NCBI GenBank assembly: GCA_035540835.1
Contig: DATLFU010000023.1
Span: forward strand, 2,228 to 66,227
Source of the DNA: Gaiellaceae bacterium
GTDB lineage: Bacteria; Actinomycetota; Thermoleophilia; Gaiellales; Gaiellaceae
Reading direction: 5' to 3'
Length of the DNA stretch: 64,000 bases
In this document: positions 1-9,739 of the stretch, in pieces
Numbering within the stretch: the stretch's first letter is position 1
How the letters are laid out: each line of letters opens with the position of its first letter
Program-made: the position numbers and the translations under genes
Notes under the pieces: model-generated
What the model was told of the DNA's origin: nothing
Database searches by the model: none
Seen by the model: only the letters and a program-made list of their open reading frames with translations

Positions 1-146
1 CGATCCGGATCAAGGCGCGCGAGCTCGGGCTCGAGCTGACGGAGGAGCGGGAGCGCGAGCTGCTTGCGGAGGTGAAGCGGCTGGGCGCCGAGAAGCGCGG
101 GCTCGTCGGCGACGACGAGTTCCTCCGCCTCGCCGCCTCCCGCTAG
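1..146 (+). CDS. partial CDS (3' end only); tail resembles the C-terminus of HMGL-like / isopropylmalate-homocitrate-citramalate synthase family enzymes (tentative)
   Basis: Frame from nt 3 reads IRIKARELGLELTEERERELLAEVKRLGAEKRGLVGDDEFLRLAASR then TAG at 144-146. GC-rich third positions. The 5' end lies outside the window. Confidence 0.35.
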   Translation, partial: IRIKARELGLELTEERERELLAEVKRLGAEKRGLVGDDEFLRLAASR

Positions 147-859
147 CCCGGCGCCGCCTCCCCCGGGAACAGGTCGTCCTCGCCGAGCCAGCGCGCCACG
201 AGGTTCGCCGTCAGGACGAGGTGCGACCGCAGCGCCTCGTCGGCCGCGTCGGCGTCGTGCGCCGCGCACGCCTCGACGATCCGCTGGTGCTCGCGGGTGC
301 GCCGCTGGAGCGATCCGCTCGCGTGCAGCGAGGCGATCCGGTACCGCTCGCTGTTCTCCCACAGCGGCCGGATCAGGCGCGGCAGCCACCGCGAGCCGGA
401 CGCGTCGTACAGGCCGAGGTGGAACGCGGCGTGCGCCTCGCGGCCTGCGCGGAGGTCGCCCGCGCGGTAAGCGCGCACGTGCTCGTCGATCCGCCGGTGC
501 GCAGCCGCGGCGTCCTCCTCCGTGAACCGCGCCGCCGCGCGCCGCACCGCGAGCGTCTCGAGGGCGAGCCGCGCCTCGTAGGTGTCGCGGAGGTCGTCGA
601 CCGAGAGGCGGCTGACGCGCGCCCCGCGGTGCGGGACGTGCTCCGCGAGCCCGAGCGCCTCGAGCTGCCGCACGGCCTCTCGCACCGGCATCGGGCTCAT
701 CTCGAGCGTCCGCGCGAGCTTCTCCAGGCGGAGCGGCGTGCCGGGTGCGATCTCGCCGTGGAGGATCGCTTCCTGCAGGTCGGCGAGCGCGCGCTCGGCG
801 AGCGTGCGCGGCCGCCGGCGATCGGTGGTGGCCACGGTCGCAGTTTGACACTTGATCAA
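143..859 (-). CDS. GntR/FadR-family transcriptional regulator (winged HTH + FCD-type ligand domain)
   Basis: 238-aa ORF. HTH segment LRLEKLARTLEMSPMPVREAVRQLEALGL followed by a helical His-containing C-terminal domain. Divergent from the transporter operon. Confidence 0.8.
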   Translation of the reverse strand: MIKCQTATVATTDRRRPRTLAERALADLQEAILHGEIAPGTPLRLEKLARTLEMSPMPVREAVRQLEALGLAEHVPHRGARVSRLSVDDLRDTYEARLALETLAVRRAAARFTEEDAAAAHRRIDEHVRAYRAGDLRAGREAHAAFHLGLYDASGSRWLPRLIRPLWENSERYRIASLHASGSLQRRTREHQRIVEACAAHDADAADEALRSHLVLTANLVARWLGEDDLFPGEAAPG

Positions 860-885
860 AAGCGCTTCAAAGTGCCCCTCTCGCG

Positions 886-1827
886 GTGATCGAACGGGTC
901 TGCATCGCCGGCGCCGGCGTCATCGGCAGCCTCTTCGCGGGACACCTCGGGCGCGTCTGCGAGGTGGGGGTGCTGACGCGTCGCCGCGAGCACGCGGAGG
1001 CGCTCGCGGCGGAGGGCCTGCGCGTCTCGGGACGTCACGAGCTGACCGCGCGGGTGCGCGCCTCGACCGACCCCGGCGACCTCGAGGCCGACCTCGTCAT
1101 CGTCGCGACGAAGGCGACGGAGCTGCGCGCGGTGGCCGAGCGGATCGCCGGCCACTTCCCCGGCGCGGCGGTGATGACCGTCCAGAACGGCCTCGGCGCC
1201 GAGGAGATCGTGCGCGCCCACGGCGACTGGCCGCTGATCTCGGCGGTGACGTTCATGAGCGGCACCCGCCACTCCGACACGCACGTCGAGTACATCCTCG
1301 ACACCGAGACGTGGATGGGGCCCTACGAGGGGACGCCGTTCGAGCTCGTCCAGGAGGCCGGCCGCCTCGTCGAGCGCTCCGGCCTCAACGTGGAGGTGCT
1401 GCCCGACCTGCGGCCCGCGCAGTGGTCGAAGCTGATCTTCAACGCGACCGTCAACGCCGTCGCCGCGCTCACCGGCCTCCCGCACGACCACCACTTCGCC
1501 GACCGCGACCGCGCCGAGGATCTCGGCCACCTCGTGCACGAGCTCGTCGAGGAAGGGAGGCGCGTGGCGGCCGCCGCCGGGATCGAGCTCCACGACGACC
1601 CGTGGGAGATGAACGTCCTCGCGACGCGCCGCGGCAGCGCGCACTACCCCTCGATGCTCGAGGACGTGGAGGCGCGGCGGCGGACGGAGATCGACCTCAT
1701 CACGGGGTCGCTCGTGCGCGAGGCCGAGCGGCTCGGCGTCCCGGTCCCGCTGCACACGGCGCTCCTGCGGCTCGTCAAGGCACGCGAGGCGTCGTGGGAT
1801 TTGATCAAACCCGCGGAGGTCGGTTAA
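886..1827 (+). CDS. 2-dehydropantoate 2-reductase family oxidoreductase (ApbA/PanE fold), paralog 1
   Basis: N-terminal Rossmann motif IAGAGVIGS. C-terminal PSMLEDVEARRRTEIDLITG block typical of ketopantoate reductases. Confidence 0.75.
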   Translation: MIERVCIAGAGVIGSLFAGHLGRVCEVGVLTRRREHAEALAAEGLRVSGRHELTARVRASTDPGDLEADLVIVATKATELRAVAERIAGHFPGAAVMTVQNGLGAEEIVRAHGDWPLISAVTFMSGTRHSDTHVEYILDTETWMGPYEGTPFELVQEAGRLVERSGLNVEVLPDLRPAQWSKLIFNATVNAVAALTGLPHDHHFADRDRAEDLGHLVHELVEEGRRVAAAAGIELHDDPWEMNVLATRRGSAHYPSMLEDVEARRRTEIDLITGSLVREAERLGVPVPLHTALLRLVKAREASWDLIKPAEVG

Positions 1828-1867
1828 CGTCGCCGCGGAAGCCCACGAGGAAGAGGAGGCGTAGGTA

Positions 1868-3124
1868 ATGGCATCCAGGAGGAGTCGACCCCGGCTCGTG
1901 GCGCTCCTGCTCGCGGGCGTGCTCGTGCTGGGCGGCGCGGGCTGCGGTGGGGACGACGACGCGGCCGCACCGGCCGACCCCGCGCAGACGGGCGCCGAGC
2001 AGGAGGGCGACACGCAGCAGGAAGAGGGTCCGATCACGATCGGCTGGGCGTACGACGCGTCCGGGCAGATGGCGCCGTTCGACGGCCCGGCGCTCGCCGC
2101 GGCGCAGATCCGGGTGGAGCAGCTCAACGAGCAGGGAGGCGTCGACGGCCGCGAGCTGCGGATCGAGACGTGCGACACGCAGAACAACGATCCGGCGCGC
2201 GCGCGGGTGTGCGCGACGGAGCTCCTCGAGGGCGGCGCGGACATCATCTTCGTCACCTGCGACGTCGACTTCGCCACGCCCGTCGTGCAGGAGGCGATCG
2301 GCCAGGGCGTCCTGGCCGTCGCTCCGTGCATCGGCACCGACCAGATGGGGCCGAGCCGATTCGGCGAGCAGGGGCGGCTCGCGTTCAGCTTCGGCAACGT
2401 CGCCCAGGACGAGGGCGCGGCGATGGCGGAGTGGGCGTGGGACCGCGGCTGGCGCACCGCGGCGCTGGCCACGAACACGGTGATCGTCTACTTCCAGAAC
2501 GTCGTCGACGCGTTCGAGGCGCGCTTCACGGAGCTCGGCGGCGAGATCGTCGCGCAGGAGACGTACGCGACCGGCTCCGACAACGTCGATGCGGCCGTCA
2601 GCCGGTTGAACGCCGTTGGCGCCGACGTGATCGTCACCTCGACCGCGTTCGGCGAGCTGCCGGCGTTCGTCTCCGGCCTGCGCGGGCTCGGGAACGACAC
2701 GCCGATCCTCAACTCGTGGGCCGGCGACGGGACGTACTGGGTGACGGACAACCCGCCGGTGACGAACTACTACGCGGTCACGTACGCGTCGGTGTTCGGC
2801 GACGACCCGAGCGAGGACGTCCGCGGGCTGATCGAGCAGCTGACGGAGCAGGGCGCGCAGCCGGGCACCGGCGGCTTCCTCGCGGGCGCGGGGGCGATCG
2901 ACGGCGTCGTCGAGGCGATCCGCCGCGCCGACGGCTCGACCGAGGGGCAGGCGCTCGCCGAGGAGATGGAGCAGTTCGACGACGTCGAGACGATCTCGGG
3001 CAACGTCAACTTCTCGCCGGAGCTGCACACCGTCTTCGGGCGCGAGTACCGCGTGATCGAGATCCAGAACAACGAGGGCCGGTACGTGGAGGGCGTCACC
3101 GCGACGTCCGTTCCCGAGATCTAG
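1868..3124 (+). CDS. ABC transporter substrate-binding lipoprotein, LivJ / branched-chain amino-acid type
   Basis: Lipobox LLAGVLVLGGAGC, gaggagg SD upstream of the ATG, periplasmic binding fold. First gene of a five-gene transporter operon. Confidence 0.8.
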   Translation: MASRRSRPRLVALLLAGVLVLGGAGCGGDDDAAAPADPAQTGAEQEGDTQQEEGPITIGWAYDASGQMAPFDGPALAAAQIRVEQLNEQGGVDGRELRIETCDTQNNDPARARVCATELLEGGADIIFVTCDVDFATPVVQEAIGQGVLAVAPCIGTDQMGPSRFGEQGRLAFSFGNVAQDEGAAMAEWAWDRGWRTAALATNTVIVYFQNVVDAFEARFTELGGEIVAQETYATGSDNVDAAVSRLNAVGADVIVTSTAFGELPAFVSGLRGLGNDTPILNSWAGDGTYWVTDNPPVTNYYAVTYASVFGDDPSEDVRGLIEQLTEQGAQPGTGGFLAGAGAIDGVVEAIRRADGSTEGQALAEEMEQFDDVETISGNVNFSPELHTVFGREYRVIEIQNNEGRYVEGVTATSVPEI

Positions 3125-3900
3125 TGGCGGCGGCCGCCGCGGCGGAACCTGCACGGGGGCCCGGAGGAGCGCTCCGGGCCCTCGGCGTCTCGCGGTCGTT
3201 CGCGGGCGTGCGGGCGCTGGACGGCGTCACGCTGGAGGTGCACCGCCACGAGGTCGTCGGGCTGATCGGCCCGAACGGCGCCGGGAAGTCGACGCTCGTG
3301 AACCTGCTCAGCGGCTTCGACCGGCCCGGCGAGGGACGGGTGGAGCTGGAGGGCGAGGACGTGACCCGCTGGAGCGCGCACCGGCGCGCGCGGGCGGGTC
3401 TCGCGAGGACGTTCCAGCACAGCCGCGCGTTCACGGGCCTCGCGGTCCGCGAGAACGTCGAGGTCGCGGCGCTCGGGGTCGGCGCCGGCCCTCGCGAGGC
3501 GCGGCGGCGCGCGGACGCCCTCCTCGAGCTGCTCGGCGTCGGCGGTCTCGCCGACGCGCCGGCCTCGGCGCTCGCGCACGGCGACGAGCGCCGGCTCGGC
3601 GTCGCACGCGCACTCGCGACCGAGCCGCGGTTCGTCCTGCTCGACGAGCCGGCCGCCGGGCTGCCGGAGTCGGAGGTGCCCGAGTTCGCCGCGGTCGTCC
3701 GCTCCGTCCGCGACGAGCACGACGCGGGCGTGCTCCTGATCGACCACAACATGGCGCTCGTGATGGAGGTCTGCGACCGCGTGCACGTCCTCGACCAGGG
3801 GCGCACCCTCGCCGTCGGCACCCCCGCCGAGATCCGCGCGAACCTCGACGTCACCGCCGCCTACCTGGGGGAGAGCGCGGCCGCGGGTGCGGCGGCGTGA
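3124..3900 (+). CDS. ABC transporter ATP-binding protein (LivG-like)
   Basis: GTG at 3124 overlaps the TAG of the preceding gene. Walker A GPNGAGKST and Walker B VLLDEP. The track ORF 2170..3900 is an N-terminal over-extension. Confidence 0.85.
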   Translation: MAAAAAAEPARGPGGALRALGVSRSFAGVRALDGVTLEVHRHEVVGLIGPNGAGKSTLVNLLSGFDRPGEGRVELEGEDVTRWSAHRRARAGLARTFQHSRAFTGLAVRENVEVAALGVGAGPREARRRADALLELLGVGGLADAPASALAHGDERRLGVARALATEPRFVLLDEPAAGLPESEVPEFAAVVRSVRDEHDAGVLLIDHNMALVMEVCDRVHVLDQGRTLAVGTPAEIRANLDVTAAYLGESAAAGAAA

Positions 3901-4616
3901 GCGCCGCCGAGCCGCTCCTCGCGCTGCGCGACCTGGAGATCCGCTACGGGACCGTCGCGGCCGTCCGGGGGCTCTCGCTCGAGGTGCGGCCGGGCGAGAT
4001 CGTCGGCCTGATCGGCCCCAACGGCGCGGGGAAGACGACGACGCTCCACGCGGTGATGGGCGCGGTTCCGCACGCGGGCGGCGAGATCCTCCTCCGCGGA
4101 GAGCCGCTGCGCGCTCGCTCGCCGGAGGAGGTCGCGCGCGCCGGCGTCGCGCTCGTGCCGGAAGGGCGCCGCGTCTTCCCGAGCTTCACCGTCGAGGAGA
4201 ACCTCCGGCTCGGGCTCGCCGCGCGCCGCGACGGCGGCACCGCGGCGGAGGCTCTCGAGGAGGCGTACGCGCTGTTCCCGATGCTGGGGGAGTTCCGGCG
4301 GCGGCCCGCGGGCGTGCTCTCCGGCGGACAGCAGCAGCAGCTCGCGATCGCACGCGGGCTGGTCTCGGCGCCCGCGCTCCTCCTGCTCGACGAGCCGTCG
4401 CTCGGCCTCGCGCCGACGGTCGTGGACGCCGTCTTCGGCGCCCTCGCCGACATCCGCGACCGCGGCGTGACGGTGCTGCTCGTGGAGCAGCGCGCGCAGC
4501 GGACGGTCGCGTTCGCCGACCGCACGTACGTGCTGGCGAACGGCGAGCTGCGCGCGACGCTCGGACCCGCCGACGCGGCCGCGACCGACCGGCTCGTGGC
4601 CGCGTACCTCGCATGA
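3897..4616 (+). CDS. ABC transporter ATP-binding protein (LivF-like)
   Basis: Walker A GPNGAGKTT, signature LSGGQQQQLAIARGL, Walker B LLLDEPS. 4-nt overlap with the upstream gene. Confidence 0.9.
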   Translation: MSAAEPLLALRDLEIRYGTVAAVRGLSLEVRPGEIVGLIGPNGAGKTTTLHAVMGAVPHAGGEILLRGEPLRARSPEEVARAGVALVPEGRRVFPSFTVEENLRLGLAARRDGGTAAEALEEAYALFPMLGEFRRRPAGVLSGGQQQQLAIARGLVSAPALLLLDEPSLGLAPTVVDAVFGALADIRDRGVTVLLVEQRAQRTVAFADRTYVLANGELRATLGPADAAATDRLVAAYLA

Positions 4617-5524
4617 CGCCGCTCGCCGTCGTGGACGCGCAGACGCTCGTCGACGCCGTCGCGCTCGGAGCGACCTACGCGCTGATGGCGGTCGGGATCG
4701 GGCTCGTCTTCGGCGTGCTCCGGCTCGTCAACTTCGCGTACGGGCAACTCGTGATGGCCGGCGCGTACACGCTCGCCTTCACGTCGCACCTCCACCCGGC
4801 GGCGAGCATCGCCGCGTGCCTCGCCGTCGTCGTCGCGCTCTCGACGGTCCTCGACCTCGCGGTCTTCCGGCGGCTCCGCAGCCAGTCGCCCGCCGTCATG
4901 CTCGTGACGACGTTCGCGCTCGCATTCCTGCTGCAGAGCATCGCGCTGATCGTCGACGTCCGCGACGGGACGATCGGCGAGCCGGTGCGCGTGCTCTCGG
5001 GGCTGAACCGGGCCTTCACCGTGGGCGACCTCCACGTGCGGCAGATCACGCTCGTCACGATCGCGCTCGCGGCGGTCACGCTCGCCCTGCTCGCGCTGCT
5101 CCTGGGCCGGACGACGATCGGGCTGCACATGCGGGCGGCCGCGGCCGACTTCCGCACGGCGCGGCTGCTGGGCGTCCGCAGCGACCGCGTGATCGGGTTC
5201 GCCGTCCTCCTCTCCGCGGTCATCGCCGTCCTGGTCGCCGTCGTCCTGACCGTGCGGCGGCCACTCGTGACGCCGGCCTTCGGGCTCGGCGAGACGATCG
5301 TGGTCCTGGTCGGCGTCGTCGTCGGCGGGCTCGACCGGCTCTGGACAGCGACGCTCGGCGCGTTCGCGATCGGCGTCGCGACGGGCGTGATCAACGGCGT
5401 CCTCCCGACGGACAAGACCGTCTTCCTGCCGTCGGCGGTGTTCGCGCTCGTGATCCTCGTCCTGCTCCTGCGCCCGGGCGGGCTGTTCGCGCCGCGCGGC
5501 GCCGCCTCCGTGGAGCGCGTGTGA
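4613..5524 (+). CDS. branched-chain amino-acid ABC transporter permease (LivH-like)
   Basis: ATG at 4613 overlaps the upstream stop. Polytopic hydrophobic protein beginning MTPLAVVDAQTLVDAVALGATYALMAVGIGLVFG. Confidence 0.8.
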   Translation: MTPLAVVDAQTLVDAVALGATYALMAVGIGLVFGVLRLVNFAYGQLVMAGAYTLAFTSHLHPAASIAACLAVVVALSTVLDLAVFRRLRSQSPAVMLVTTFALAFLLQSIALIVDVRDGTIGEPVRVLSGLNRAFTVGDLHVRQITLVTIALAAVTLALLALLLGRTTIGLHMRAAAADFRTARLLGVRSDRVIGFAVLLSAVIAVLVAVVLTVRRPLVTPAFGLGETIVVLVGVVVGGLDRLWTATLGAFAIGVATGVINGVLPTDKTVFLPSAVFALVILVLLLRPGGLFAPRGAASVERV

Positions 5525-6525
5525 GACGCACGGCGCCGCTCGTCGAGCTCGGGGGCCCCGTGCTCCTCCTGGTCGCCGCGGGCGTCGTCGCGACGCTCGT
5601 CTCCCGCTCGACGCAGATCTACGTGCTCGACGCGATCGTCGCCGCGGCGATGGTGGCCGGCATCTACGTCTTCATCGGGAACTCGGGCGTGCTCTCGTTC
5701 GGGCAGATCAGCTTCGTCGCGGTGGGTGCGTTCGCCGCCGGCGTGATGACGGTGCCGCTCGCGCTGAAGGGGTCGATCCTCCGCGACCTCTTCCCGATCC
5801 TCCGCGACCACGAGCTGGGGAACCTCCAGTCGCTCGCGCTCGCGGCGGCGGTCGGCGCCGTGCTCGCGGCGGTCGTCGGGCTCCCGCTGATGCGCCTCTC
5901 GGGACTCGCCGCCGGCATCGCCACGTTCGCGGTGCTCGAGATCACGAACAACCTCCTGCGCGAGTGGCGGGCGATCGGGCCCGGCGCCACGACGCTCTCG
6001 CTCGTCCCGCAGACGACGGGGCCGTTCCAGGCGACGGCCGGCGCAGTCCTCGTCGTCGCCGTCGCGTACGCCTACCAGCGGAGCCGCGCGGGGCGGATGC
6101 TCCGGGCGACGCGGGAGGACGCGGCGGCTGCCCAGGCCGCGGGGATCGACGTGCACCGCCAGCGGCTGTGGGCGTTCGTCCTCTCCGGGGCGCTCTGCGG
6201 CTTCGCGGGCGGCCTCTACGTGCACATGCTCGGCTCGATCTCGACCGGCCAGGTGTACCTCGAGCTGACGTTCCTGACCCTCGCGATGCTCGTCGTCGGC
6301 GGCCTCACGAGCCTCTGGGGCGCCGTCGTCGGCGCGCTGTCGGTGAGCGCGCTCGACTCCCTGCTGTCGGAGGCGGAGCGGGGGCTCGACGTCGGCGTCA
6401 CGCTCACGCTCCCGACGGGCACCCGCCTCGTCGTCGTCGGCGCGCTGATGGCGCTCGTCCTCGTCCTGCGGCCGTCGGGTCTGACCGGCGGGCGCGAGCT
6501 CCGGCTGCGTAGAGTCGGCGCGTGA
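5521..6525 (+). CDS. branched-chain amino-acid ABC transporter permease (LivM-like)
   Basis: GTG at 5521 overlaps the LivH-like stop (GTGTGA). Polytopic membrane protein with the IYVFIGNSGVLSFGQISF motif region. Confidence 0.8.
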   Translation: MRRTAPLVELGGPVLLLVAAGVVATLVSRSTQIYVLDAIVAAAMVAGIYVFIGNSGVLSFGQISFVAVGAFAAGVMTVPLALKGSILRDLFPILRDHELGNLQSLALAAAVGAVLAAVVGLPLMRLSGLAAGIATFAVLEITNNLLREWRAIGPGATTLSLVPQTTGPFQATAGAVLVVAVAYAYQRSRAGRMLRATREDAAAAQAAGIDVHRQRLWAFVLSGALCGFAGGLYVHMLGSISTGQVYLELTFLTLAMLVVGGLTSLWGAVVGALSVSALDSLLSEAERGLDVGVTLTLPTGTRLVVVGALMALVLVLRPSGLTGGRELRLRRVGA

Positions 6526-7442
6526 GGATCTGCGTCGTCGGCTGCGGGGCCGTGGGCTCGCTGTTCGCGGCGAACCTGGCGCGGCTGGACGACGTCGAGG
6601 TGTGGGCGTACGACCTCTCCGAGGAGCACGTGCGGGCGATCGAGGCGCACGGCCTGCGGCTGACGGGAGCGGGTGAGGTCGTCGGCCACCCGCGCGCGAC
6701 GACGGACGCGGGCGAGCTGCCGCCCTGCGACTTCGGGATCGTGGCGACGAAGGCGATGCACACGGCCGACGCGATCCGCGCGACCGCCCACGCGTTCGCG
6801 GACGGCTGCGTCGCCACGGTCCAGAACGGCCTCGGGAACGAGGAGACGCTGGCGGAGGACGTCGAGCGCGTGATCCGCGGGACGACGTTCCCGGCGGGGA
6901 AGATCGTCGCGCCCGGCCACGTGCAGTGGGACGTGAAGGGCGACACGACGTTCGGGCCGTTCGAGCCGCGGCCGGCGCCGCTGGCCGAGGTGGAGCGGCT
7001 GGCCGACGCGTGCACGCGGGCGGGGATGCCGGCGCGCGCCGTCCCGGACGCCCGCGGGCCGCAGTGGCGGAAGGTGATCTTCAACGCGGCCACGAACCCG
7101 GTCGGCGCGCTCACGGGGCTGACGCACGGGCGCGTCTGCGAGCAGCCGGCGCTGCGGGCGCTCGTCTCGCGGCTCGTCGACGAGGGGAAGGCCGTCGCGG
7201 CGGCGCAGGGGATCGAGCTCGACGCCGACCCGGAGGAGCTGATCGACCACGCGGCGAGGCCGGACGTCGCGTACGACCACAGGGCGAGCATGCTCCAGGA
7301 CGTGGAGGCGCGGCGGCGGACGGAGGTGCAGTGGCTGAACGGCGGCATCGCCCGCTTCGGCCGCGAGCACGGCGTGCCGACGCCGCTGAACGACGCGATC
7401 GTCGCGCTCGTCGAGGGGGTGGAGCGGTCGTGGACGAGCTGA
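6522..7442 (+). CDS. 2-dehydropantoate 2-reductase family oxidoreductase, paralog 2
   Basis: VVGCGAVGS Rossmann motif and ASMLQDVEARRRTEVQWLNG block, parallel to the 886-1827 protein. Start overlaps the permease stop. Confidence 0.75.
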   Translation: MRICVVGCGAVGSLFAANLARLDDVEVWAYDLSEEHVRAIEAHGLRLTGAGEVVGHPRATTDAGELPPCDFGIVATKAMHTADAIRATAHAFADGCVATVQNGLGNEETLAEDVERVIRGTTFPAGKIVAPGHVQWDVKGDTTFGPFEPRPAPLAEVERLADACTRAGMPARAVPDARGPQWRKVIFNAATNPVGALTGLTHGRVCEQPALRALVSRLVDEGKAVAAAQGIELDADPEELIDHAARPDVAYDHRASMLQDVEARRRTEVQWLNGGIARFGREHGVPTPLNDAIVALVEGVERSWTS

Positions 7443-8503
7443 CGCGGCGGTACGCGAACGTCCGCGAGGCGATGGCGCGCGACGGCCTCGACGCGGTCGT
7501 CGTCTCGGGCAGCGAGTACACCGGCTTCGAGGGCGCCGTCACGTACCTGTCCGGCTTCGTCATCGTCCACCGGTACGCGTACGTCGTCGTCCCGCTCGAG
7601 GGCGACCCGGTCGTCGTGTTCCCGAGCGAGGCGCGGTACGTCGGGGAGCACGGAACCGCCCGGATCGAGCAGGCGTTCGCCGACCACCCGGGCGCGTGGA
7701 TCGCCGACCGGCTACGTGGCCGGCGCGTCGGCGTCTACGGGGGCGACTACGTGATGACGGTACGCGACTACCGCGCGCTCGCCGACGCGGCGGAGGTCGT
7801 GCCGTGGGACGAGCAGTTCGACCTCGCGCGGGCCGTCAAGAGCGATGCCGAGGTCGACTCGGTGCGCGACAGCGTCCGCATCAACACAGAGGGATTCCGG
7901 ATCTTCCTGCGCGAGTACGCGCCCGGGCGGAGCGCCGCGGAGGTGATGGCCGCCTGCGAGCGGTACTTCGTCGCCGAGGGGTGCGGGCGGCTGACGATGA
8001 ACATGGTGCTGAAGGGACCCGAGTTCCTGCTCGCGCGCGACGAGCCGCTCGGCGACTTCGTGCTCCCGTCGCTCGAGATCGCCGGGCCTGGCGGCCACTG
8101 GGTCGAGGTCTCGCGCGCGATCGGCGAGCCGACGCCCGAGGTGCGGCGGATGCTCGAGGCGTACGAGGAGTACTTCGAGGCGGCGCGCGGCGCGCTGCGG
8201 CCGGGCGCGACCGCGCACGACGTCCACCGCGCCGTCTCCGCCGGGTTCACGCGCCGCGGCTACGCGCTCGGCCACGTCACCGGCCATTCGATCGGGATGA
8301 CGATGATCGAGCACCCGAAGATCGGCGAGGGCGTCGACACGGAGCTCCGCGAGAACATGGTCTTCTCCATGCACCCGCACGCGATCTCGGCCGACGGCCG
8401 CGAGTGCCTGTACATGCAGGACACCTGGCTCGTCACGGCAGAGGGCGGCGAGCCGCTCGCGGGGCTGCCGATGCGGATCTACGCGCAGGGCGAGACCGCG
8501 TAG
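7430..8503 (+). CDS. M24-family metallopeptidase (Xaa-Pro peptidase / creatinase-like)
   Basis: GTG at 7430, in frame with track ORF 6926..8503. Creatinase-type N-domain followed by a pita-bread domain containing LGHVTGHSIGMTMIEHP and FSMHPH. Confidence 0.7.
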   Translation: MDELTRRYANVREAMARDGLDAVVVSGSEYTGFEGAVTYLSGFVIVHRYAYVVVPLEGDPVVVFPSEARYVGEHGTARIEQAFADHPGAWIADRLRGRRVGVYGGDYVMTVRDYRALADAAEVVPWDEQFDLARAVKSDAEVDSVRDSVRINTEGFRIFLREYAPGRSAAEVMAACERYFVAEGCGRLTMNMVLKGPEFLLARDEPLGDFVLPSLEIAGPGGHWVEVSRAIGEPTPEVRRMLEAYEEYFEAARGALRPGATAHDVHRAVSAGFTRRGYALGHVTGHSIGMTMIEHPKIGEGVDTELRENMVFSMHPHAISADGRECLYMQDTWLVTAEGGEPLAGLPMRIYAQGETA

Positions 8504-8509
8504 GCGCAG

Positions 8510-9739
8510 CTAGGGGCGGCTCGGGCTCTCGACGAGCGCGAACCAGTCCGTCCCGTCTCGAGGCGCGCCCGCCGTGCAGGTGCGCGTCGGGCGGTCGCAG
8601 GCGAGGACGGCGACGCGGAACTCGCCGCCCCCGGACTCCCACGCGCCGCTGACGACGACGCGGTCCGTCCGGGGCCCGGCGAAGGTCGGCCGGCCGAGCG
8701 CGACCCCGAAGCGGCCGTCGAACGCGTCGCGCTCGGGGCGGAGCACGTCCTCGAGGACGAGCTCCTCGTCCACGACGCGGAGGAAGACCAGCATCCCGTC
8801 GGCCGCGGCGGCGGCGTGCGCGACGATCTCGTCGCCGCGCCACGACGCCTCGAAGAACCCGCCGGTGCCGGGCAGGAGGGGGATCCCGGCGTCCCGCACC
8901 GCCTGGGCGACGTCGAGCGTGTGGGCGACGCGGCCCGTCTCGACCTCGACGAGCCGCGCGTACGGGCTGGGGCTGTCCTGCCCCGGCACCTCCTGGTACG
9001 GGCCGACCGCCCAGCGTCCGTCGGGGCTCAGCGCCGAGAGGTCCGCGAGCGGCAGCGGGTGCGGGTCGCCCGGGCCGTCGAGGGCGTAGAGGCCGACGTC
9101 GAGGCCGTCGTCGGGGCATGCGGGGCAGTAGCGGACGGAGACGAGCAGGCGCGTCCCCGACCATGCGCGCACCTCGAAGGCGTCGGCGCGCGCCGTCCAT
9201 CGCCGCGGCGGAGCGTCGAGCGTCTCGCGCACGACGACGTGGCCGACGTACGGACGGACGCCCGTTCGCGGCGCCGCCGCCTGGAAGTACGCGAGCTGCC
9301 CCGCCGGCCCCCAGGCCACCGTCTGCGCGTTGCGAGCGAGCACTTGCTCCTCGCCGGTGCGCAGGTCGCGGAGCACGAGCAGCGGCGTGTCGTCCTCCCA
9401 GGCGTGGTACGCGAGGAAGCGCCCGTCGCGCGAGGGGACCGCGATCGCGGCGCTCTGGCCGAGGAGCGACGCCTGGAGCCGGTGAGACAGTCGGACCGGC
9501 TCCGGCTGCCCGAGGCGGTGGAGACGGTCGCCCAGGACGTACGTCGACTCGGTGGCGACGACCGGCGGCACCGGCTCGTCGACGTGCGTCACGGCGAAGC
9601 GTGTGCGCGGGTCGGCCTGCGTCGACCCGGCCGGCGGCACTGCCTCGCCCTCGCCGTCGCGCCCGGTGGCGAGCGCCGCGGCGCCCGCGACGACCACGGC
9701 CGCAACCGCGAGCGTCGCGGCGAGCAGGCGGCGGCGCAC
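8510..9739 (-). CDS. membrane-anchored / secreted hypothetical protein with TolB-like beta-propeller repeats
   Basis: GTG at 9739 (VRRRLLAATLAVAAVVVAGAAALATG anchor). Repeated SRDGRFLAY / SPDGRWAV motifs. The track ORF 8510..10699 fuses it to antisense sequence of the next gene. Confidence 0.5.
   Translation of the reverse strand: MRRRLLAATLAVAAVVVAGAAALATGRDGEGEAVPPAGSTQADPRTRFAVTHVDEPVPPVVATESTYVLGDRLHRLGQPEPVRLSHRLQASLLGQSAAIAVPSRDGRFLAYHAWEDDTPLLVLRDLRTGEEQVLARNAQTVAWGPAGQLAYFQAAAPRTGVRPYVGHVVVRETLDAPPRRWTARADAFEVRAWSGTRLLVSVRYCPACPDDGLDVGLYALDGPGDPHPLPLADLSALSPDGRWAVGPYQEVPGQDSPSPYARLVEVETGRVAHTLDVAQAVRDAGIPLLPGTGGFFEASWRGDEIVAHAAAAADGMLVFLRVVDEELVLEDVLRPERDAFDGRFGVALGRPTFAGPRTDRVVVSGAWESGGGEFRVAVLACDRPTRTCTAGAPRDGTDWFALVESPSRP

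Noticed and set aside
856-3154. Long minus-strand ORFs (856..2478, 1805..3154), plus many similar ones such as 13075..15741, 31726..34008, 54202..55593 and 59536..61338
   Set aside because: Their Arg/Pro/Gly/Ala-rich, low-complexity translations lie antisense or out of frame to genes with clear family motifs. These are the shadow ORFs expected in very GC-rich DNA.
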